Shown in pieces: positions 55,486-64,000 of a DNA stretch of 64,000 nt (positions are counted from its first letter, which is position 1; every line of letters starts with the position of its first letter). The position numbers and the translations under genes are program-made. The stretch covers positions 1 through 64,000 of the forward strand of contig CAJFCJ010000025.1 in assembly GCA_904063045.1 (NCBI GenBank), read 5' to 3'. The notes beneath the pieces were generated by a model that saw only the letters and a list, made by a program, of their open reading frames with translations, ran no database searches and was not told the origin of the DNA. The stretch comes from Dimorphilus gyrociliatus (taxonomy: Eukaryota > Animalia > Annelida).

Positions 55486-57229
55486 TTCGATATAAGCATA
55501 ACACGTGGTGTGCTGTCATCTTCAATTATTGGACAAGATGAAAAAGAAGATTTTAGAATGATAATAGCAAATAGACAATTTGAAATCATCTAGACAAATA
55601 GATTCGCTGAATATTTTTCTCATTACTTATTCTTATAATTAATTCTAGAAAAAAGAAGTAGGAGGGTTAATAATAATAAATAATAATTTCTATAGTTTTC
55701 TTTATTTATTCTACTCTAACAAAATGGAGAATATCTCTGTTAATACGATAAGTTTTTATATACTAATTTATAAATGACCTACAAGCCCTTTTCTGAAGTC
55801 AAAGTTATAGGAGATTGTATTGAACAACTCAGAGAAAAGAACGATTTTGTCCCCTATATGAAAATGAAAAGAAATTGTATAATATACATATTCTAATATA
55901 TAGAGATATTCGAAAGAAAAGTTGTGAAAAAGAATATACAATAGGTAACCTATCAGGCAAGGTTGGAATTATTAGAATAATTTACTTTTTATATTTTTGA
56001 TACTATAAAAAGGTATGTTATTCTCTAACATAGAGATAACTTCTCATTGTTTTCCTTTTCATATTCTCTTGATACTCTTTAACGTTAGATTAGCTACAGC
56101 TAATTAAACTCTGTCGGATAACAGATTGTAGGTTAAAAACTATTGAATATTACGCAACTATTGATTGTGACTAGACTTGACAAAAAATACAAAAACTATT
56201 TCGAGAAAAGTAGAATTTATCATCAAATAGTAATAAAAATTGATCGAAATATAAATTATTAAAGGTGCACTGACCGCTTACGGTTTCAAATGTATAGATG
56301 GAAACTTTATAGATGATTCTCCATTGAGAAGCACTTAACACATAAAAAGAAAATAAAATTCAAACTAATGTAACGATTCTTACCTAGTGATATTTCAATG
56401 TTAAACTTTATAATTGCTTTCTTTCATCGTGATATAAGATTAAGTTTGTGAAGAAAGGTCAACGAATATTCAGCGCTTACTGTAACACTATTGATAGAGA
56501 TATTTTCTCTTAATTTAACTTTCTTAATTATATTATTTTAGTGTTTTGTTAATTATATTTATATTTTTTTCTTGATCTTCTTGCTCAACTAACTAACAAT
56601 TTAATGAAATGATAGATAGAGTATGTATATATAAGATGCTTATATAAGATGCTTATCCAGCGTTCTTTTTTTTCTGTCTACACCTAAACTTGGCCTAGTT
56701 GGCCTATTTTTTCCGTTCCGCCTCATTGATAAAGGCGATATACTGTAATGGTGTCATTGACCCTTTTCAACAATAGTTGCTTTTTTTTACCAGCACGTCT
56801 GTTCAGTAGTTGACGTCTGTAACAATTCTATAAAGGCTAAAAAAAAACCTTCGTCCATATAAGTATACTTCATTGTTAAAAGTGTAAAGAAAAATCTGTT
56901 AGGTGTTTCTAATATGATATTTTCATGTATTCATTTTTCAATTTAATAGAAACTCTTTCTGAGCAAAACAGTTAAATATAGGTAGCATCTATATATATAC
57001 AAACGTTTGTATCTACATCATACGGAGAATATTTATATTCTTTCATTTTTAAATGTGTAAAATTGAATGTTTATTACATCCATTCACACAAACACACATT
57101 CTCATATATGTATATTAATATTGCTAATGCTTAGTTTGCTTTTTTTGTTTCTATTAAATAATTTTGGATATTATTCCATTTCTACTACTTTTTCTTCTTC
57201 TTTCAGGAATGACAATGTGACAGTTCACT

Positions 57230-60200
57230 ATGAAAATTAGTGAATATTTTGGCGCAGCTTTACTATTTATTACTGGTAAATGTTAATAATAGTTCAAATT
57301 TTATTAATCTAAAGAAATTAAAAAGTTATACCTTCTATATTTTTTAAATATACATTTTATAATAAATTTCTTGATTCTATTTATAAGTAAAGATTTAATT
57401 ATCTTCTTTTTTGTCTTGCTTTTAGTGGCCACGCAATGTGAGAGTCTAAGTAAGTAATCTTTTCTTTCAACACTTTTTACTCTTTGTTTTTATTTCTTTT
57501 TGAGTATGTTTCAACAATTCATTCATGATTTCTTTATTTTTATTCATTGATTAGGTAATATTCATATAACTGGAACAGCTATACGATATAGTCCAAGTTC
57601 TAATGACTATGTAGCTTTGGAAGATGGATTTTTAGTTGTGCATTGCGAAGAAAAATCAAACAGCATCACTGATGTTTTTGTCAAAGTCAAGTTGCAATCT
57701 AATTTTTTATGTTATGTGAATGAAAAATACCCATTGTCCAAAAGTGTTTATGATGAATGTAATAATATTATGAAAATACGTGTTGAAGAACATCCGGAAA
57801 GTGGTGGATATAGAAATCTCAGCTTTGCCTTTCGTACCCCTTGGCTGAATTATCAGCCTCGGAAAGATTGTAGACATTGCAGGGTATGTTACTGTGCGAA
57901 ACCTTCCTCAAATGATTCTAGAGGGGTAACTCTATCTCCTCTTAGTAAGTATTTTAAAAATAACAATATTAAATTGTAGATTAACCGTCAAGTGTAGAAA
58001 ATTACATTTAAATGTGTTAATTGCTTTCAGGTTGGCCAAAACCCGCAATTATAAAAAAATGCTATTTATACGATTATTCTGATATTAATTGTGAATGGGT
58101 TTTTGCTCACAAGCAGGCCAAGGGGACACTATTGCCGAAATTCAACACTGTTTTGTCTTTTAAAGAGTAAGTAAAGTCTTAATTGTAAAAAGCCACTTTA
58201 TTTTAATTCAGCAGATGTCTTCTAATTGTGCCACTCGGTACCAGGCTTTTGTTTACAGATCTTTCTCTGGTACCTTTTTTTTGTAGTAGTGCAATACTAG
58301 TATTCTTTGGTTTAGAGAAAGATTTTATTATTAGGTCTTGTTTTATTTTTTTACCGACTTTTAAACATCCCACTTCGAAGATTAATAAAATCTATTATAG
58401 TTTCGGATTATCCAGCAGCTTGAATAATAATATATCTAACTTATTTTTATATTCATAACCTATAAGATAAATTTATTCGGGCACCTTAATGAATGGTTAT
58501 AATCTTTATAAGATATATATTTGTTTTCTGTATTTGTTGAAAAGTTCTCATACAAAATAACCTTTTTTCAGAATACTAATAAGAAACGAGAATTAGGCGA
58601 TTTATTTACCTTTTTCTTTTATAATAGCAAGTTGTATATAAACTTAAAATAGAATACTTTTTGAAGTTTACAGCATTCTTATTTTACTGACCTTGAAAAC
58701 TGTTTATTCGCAACGAAAATACGGTGAAGGAAAGATTCTATATTTGTAAAAGGGCTGTTTGATCTTACAGACAGACCAAAAAGATGGCAGCGATATATGT
58801 CAGTCCATTTATAAAGCTCTTATCGAGAAGCTAATTAGAACAGTAGAAATAGAACACAATTTTGCGATGTTATAATATTTTATTTCTAAAAATTTAAACA
58901 TCTTTATCATTCTTTTTTTTGCAGCAAATACTCTGGAGTATATGAGCTATGTACGACAAATATCGCGCTAAACAATTGCACAACTGACATAGGAAACTTC
59001 GCTCAAAGTTTTGCTCAAAAAGACTATCGATTAATGATACGTGCTGAATTGCATATAAAGTTTGAAATGAATTTCCCTAAAAATTTTGACCTGAGCTCTC
59101 TAAACAAAAATAATGTCAATCTTTCCATGGATAAAGAAAATTCTGCAGTAACATTCGCCTATCCTTTTGAAGACAAATACGTTTACAAATTAGGAACAAA
59201 CAAATGTAAGGAGATTTTTTTTTATATACTTTCTTTTCTTTGTTAAGTTGAAAGGAATATTTTCTAGTTGGCAAATTTTTTGCAATTTAAACATATAATC
59301 TATATTAATTGACTTATGTACATATAACTATTTATTTTCTACCATTTCATTACAAAATACTATCATCTATATTTATATTTTCAATACTTATTAAATCGAT
59401 ATTAAACAGTAATTCCTGGAAAACCCATTGTTTATGAATGTGACAACTTGAAGGATCCAATTGTCAATAGCACATCAATGATAGTACCTGTTCAACCATC
59501 AAAAAATTTTTTGAAAGTGAAGCACCATTATGATGTTGAACTGAATCTCTACTGCAAATTATCAACCAACGAAGTGGCTGAATCTGTAAGTTCATTTAAT
59601 ACTACTATATTATAGAAAAATAAGGAAACGATAGTCTCTAAGTAAATGGATAAAAGTGTATAACATATATAGAGTATATAATTTTATGAATATATTATTG
59701 TAATGTATGGAAAGTATAGAGAATCTTTGCATTTATATAGCTTACATGTAGGCAGGGCAGGAAAGACAGCTAATTGATTAGGGAATCTGAATGACAGATT
59801 ACTGGAAAGTATGTTCGTATATTTATAAGTATCTGGGTAAATGACAACGATTTAAGTAAAAATAAAGACTGATATAACATATTGTCTACCTGGACGCCGT
59901 ACTCTTATTACTTTCTACATCTACATACAATATACAACGAATATTTATAGATCAAATTCTACAGGTTAAATTTGATAAAGGTGTTGATCTCACACAACTA
60001 ACATTAGACAAGCACAGTATAATTATGTTATATTATGAAAATATTCATGTTCAATTGATACAAAAACGAGAGACAGGGTCAGAAAAGACGAATTCACTGT
60101 CTATTAAGTAAGATATGACACGGTAGAAGGTTAGGTTCTCTATTAAAGTGGAAAATAGTGAAAAGAGAAGGAAGAAGAGGTACAAGTTACCCTAAATGGA

Positions 60201-63200
60201 TAAAATGCGGAGAGGTAATACTAAAGATCGAGTGAACTCTGATAGAAGAGACATTTTGAGTAGAAAATAAATGTGGAACAGTAGTGGGAGTTCAACTCAC
60301 AGGACCAACAAGAGGCATGGATAAAAAAGATAAGAAAGCGTATGAAAAGAAAAGGCGAATGAGAGTTTACGTCTTTCTGCAAACATTCTACTTATCAGTA
60401 TGGAATGTAAAATGATTTATGAATGCGATTACGTATTAGAGAGAGAGAGAGAGAATGACAGAATAGTATTTTATAAAGCATAGCTTTCTTATGCTACACA
60501 CGCCATCTGACGAATGAAGATTAGGATCTTACAGGTCAAAAAATATAGGATATAATATAGGATTTCCTCATTTTTCTAAATTTTATTAATAAAAGCTTAA
60601 AGAAAACACATTTTAAATAAATGTGAAATTTTTAAGGATAAGAAAACTGTATACGTCATCACTGGAAATGAAGATTCATGTGGATTCTGCAAATTTGAAA
60701 ATTTAGCCCCTGCAACAAATTATAGCTTATTCATGTCGTTAATTAGGGTTGATAACGAAAAGGAATATGGTAAATCTAGTGAAAACACTGTTTATACTTT
60801 TATAACGAACACAACAGGTAATTTTTAAATTTGGATAAATGTTTATTATTATTAAATCTCCTTGAATATCATTTTTAGAACCCGAAGCTTTACCAGAGAC
60901 TTTTTATTATATTCAAAATGGTATTAAACCTTCCGTATCTGTCATCTGGAATGTAAGTATTATTATGATATATTGTATAACTTTTAATACAAGAGAAAAA
61001 ACAGTCCTTAAGCAGGAGACTAGCTGGTGGAAAAACTGTAGCATACAAAATTACAGAGAAACACTTAACGACAATTCTTAATGCTGATATCTCATGTTCG
61101 TTTGAGGACCTATATTCTATATGTAAATTTATAAGAAAGGGGCTCGACAGCAGTATTAGAGTTGAAAGTACATGGAAGAGTGATCTTAGTTTTAACTTTT
61201 CCTTATTGAGAGATGTACCAGATCAAATTAATTTACCTGCAAATTGGGCAGGTTAGTACTCTACTAGTTTTAGTTTTAATAAAAAAAAATAGTTTCTTCG
61301 TAATGAATTTAAAGAGAAAAACAACTTATATTTGTTTAATCTATTTTACAGAAAGGCAGCCGGAAAATATTTTGCTAACAGCCTACGTTGATCGTTCAAT
61401 GAATAATAATAAAGTTATAATTGTATGGTCACATTGGGTGATGAATGCTACAGAATACATTTTAATTTTGTGCCGAAATCAGGACAGTTTTCTTAAAGGT
61501 TGCACAGTAAGTTGAAAATAAAATAAATCATTAATTTTTATAAAGGGTAATGTTAAAATTACTCTGTTTTTCTTTTATAACAATATAGAATAACATGGAA
61601 AGTTTTAAGATTCCTCGAAATGAATCTTTATTTGAATATTCAATAAAAATGGATTTAACGGAAACTGTTATGAATAATTTTAGTGTTGGTGTTTCGGTAA
61701 AGTTTAAAGATGATTTTATGTCTGGTTTGCTTTTCTCTCCTTGTGTGTTTAAGCAGAAAAATTTACATTTTAATGGTATAATAAATACTTTTAATTATAT
61801 TGAGGTTTTTTCTATAACTTCTTAATTAATTAGGTATGAAAGGAGATAATGCTATTGAAAATATAAAGACTAAAATTAGAGGGAAGATTTTGCATTCTAT
61901 AGTAAACTTGAAGAAAAATCCATGCGAACTTGATATATTCTTTACTTATGTTGTAATTTATTTTTGTGTTTCCAAGAACGATGTTTGCATAGAAGGTAAT
62001 CTTTTTTCTTCTTTTTATCTTTATCCTCATTTATATATATATATATATAAATGTATATATAATTAATCGTTAATATTTCTATTGCATAACTCTTAATTAT
62101 ATCATTCTTTATTTCATTTCATTTTTTAAAGAATGCCAAAGGAAAAAATTTTGGATTAAGAATAAGAGCACTATGACATTTGATTTAGGCATTTCCTCCT
62201 CCAAGGAAGTTTTATTATGGGGTAAAGTTGGATCTCACCTAGGTGAATCAACCAATTCAAGTAATTACCAGAAAACAGCGAACTTTTCAGGTAAACTTTC
62301 CAACTGATATATATTATATACAATGTATGTTAAACATAAAAAAGGAGCTAGAACAATTAATTACAAATACTCTGCCTCAGAAACAAAAATAGACAAACAT
62401 AATGGTAGTTTTCTACAAGAATTTGCGCAATTTTTTGTAAGAAAGTAGTGCCATCTGTAAGTCGAATATATGAATTTAATGTATGATTTTCTTTGAAGGA
62501 AATTGTATAGTCTAGTAGCTGCTGATAGGATACTATACAACTTACGTAAGAGAATTCTGTATTTTTTTAATACCTTATATAAATTTTAGTATGTAAAAAT
62601 TATTCCCAATAGATTAACGATTCATTTGCAATAAAGAGAATATTTTATATAGTTTTCAGAATATAGCAGTTTTGTTTTGTTTCTATTCTGTTATATAGTT
62701 TATTATAATGTAAAATGTTGAATGGCAATTTTTTATTACTACAACTATTATTTGTATTGTTATAATAATTATATTGTTCTTTCCTCAGCCGAAAACTCAT
62801 CAAAGGCAAATCTAATTGTTCTCGGTATAGTGGGCTCATTGATACTGGTAATTATTTTCATAGTCTTAGCATGGAAGTTAAGGTAAAAGTAATTTTATTA
62901 TAATAAGCAATTTATTTATTCTCCATCTTTTCATTAAAAACTAATATATAGAGCCGCCTTTTGGAAATTTGTACATTTCCCGATAGAAACGGATTTTCCA
63001 GTTATTTTGAATGAGGTATCTTCGAGCCATCCGAATGGTGATGAAGCGGCGAACGCTGAGCAACCTAACCAAGGAGCTACTCCGCTATTACGGAATGATG
63101 AATCTGTAACTGATGGAGACAAGAATTCGCAGGGTAGTGGTTCGGAGACTCCGATTTATGTTGAGATAAAACATAACAAAGGATCGAATGGTTATTTAAC

Positions 63201-63462
63201 AAATGAACCTGAGAAATTTGAAGATGTTAGAGAAACAGCCAACGGCTACTTGCCAAGAGACAATGTACACCTTTTAGGTCCTTGTAATCCAAATAGGACT
63301 AATGAGGTAACTTTAGTGAAAGGAGCCACTGCTTCTCCTATTTCTACTGATACAATGCAGCTCAATGTAGAGAATGGTTCTACGAACGGTCAATCTAGTC
63401 AATTGGGTGGGAGTTCGGGATCCTACGTTGACCCATCCGTGTTATTTTCAAAAGGAAAATAA
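57230..63462 (+). CDS. gp130/Domeless-like class I cytokine receptor, copy B, ~940 aa
   Basis: 15 phase-compatible exons: 57230-57275, 57426-57449, 57555-57944, 58031-58166, 58925-59205, 59410-59585, 60637-60817, 60879-60952, 61005-61251, 61352-61506, 61589-61775, 61834-61995, 62132-62290, 62789-62882, 62952-63462 (2,823 nt). PKPAIIKKCYLYDYSDINCEW...C-x8-C; FN3 LAPATNYSL; PEALPETFYY...SVSVIW (cf. gp130 D4 PSKAPSFWY...VQLVW); TM LIVLGIVGSLILVIIFIVLAW; tail ending SYVDPSVLFSKGK. Confidence 0.82.
60098..60726. repeat. Right arm of the 629-bp near-perfect inverted repeat (partner 46940-47568)
   Basis: 539 nt of intron 6 plus 90 nt of exon 7 of receptor B; one mismatch to the receptor A copy. Confidence 0.95.
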
Positions 63463-64000
63463 TAAGTAATAATTTGTTTACGTTATATAGAGTATTATTT
63501 TGTTAATAACAAAAATTCGTTACTGGTATTGTTCATAGAAATCTTTGTGTTTTAACTTAAGAGAAATGTTTTCCAACTGCTAAATAAAACAGTTTTCAGT
63601 TATTACTACTTTAAGATGTCTTCTCGCTTTGTTTTCTTTCTTTGATAAATACATAAAGGAACGTTTTGGTGTTTTTATATTTGTTTTCTTAAGTATATCA
63701 TCTATATTTTCCTTTCTGTTTTCTTCACTTCGCTCTCCATTTCCCTTTCTTTAGTATTAATTGTTATGTTTATTATGCTAAATTGAAAATTGATATTATG
63801 TTCTTACTAGTCTAAAGGATTAATGAAAATTTAACTTCAATTTTTTAACCAGTTTTTAACGATATTGAATTTGTATGATACAAGTGGGGAATTGGGGAGA
63901 ATAACAGTAATAGTTTATATATATATATATATATCAATTTATATTGATAATCTTATAGCAGAACAAATTGTATAAAATGAACGTACTGTATATATGTGAA

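Noticed and set aside
58238-58275. GGTACCAG...CTGGTACC inverted repeat in receptor B intron 4 as MITE termini
   Set aside because: Only an 8-bp stem, no target-site duplication, and no second copy in the window.

Overview
AT-rich, gene-dense eukaryotic (animal, invertebrate-like) DNA with mostly 55-70 nt GT-AG introns, in the style of a compact lophotrochozoan genome (taxon is inference only). I assembled exon chains by hand from splice sites and reading-frame phase. Gene order: 5' part of CASK/LIN-2 (-, runs off the left edge); an Ikaros/Hunchback-type zinc-finger gene (-); an SLC16/MCT transporter (+); syntaxin-18 (-); a Sam68/KHDRBS KH protein (+); C/EBP-like bZIP 1 (+); a ~2,976-aa TDRD12 with a 7.2-kb exon (-); C/EBP-like bZIP 2 (+); TRAPPC3 (-); SRRM1 (+). 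The last 19 kb hold the main novelty, which the ORF track shows only in fragments. It is a head-to-head inverted duplication of two intact 15-exon gp130/Domeless-type class I cytokine receptor genes (~946 and ~940 aa). Their N-terminal ligand-facing domains are strongly diverged, yet they share a 629-bp, mostly intronic inverted repeat with one mismatch at the homologous position. That pattern implies very recent gene conversion or inversion (or an assembly artefact), and recombination there would give in-frame chimeric receptors. No tRNA, rRNA, CRISPR array or recognisable transposon was found.
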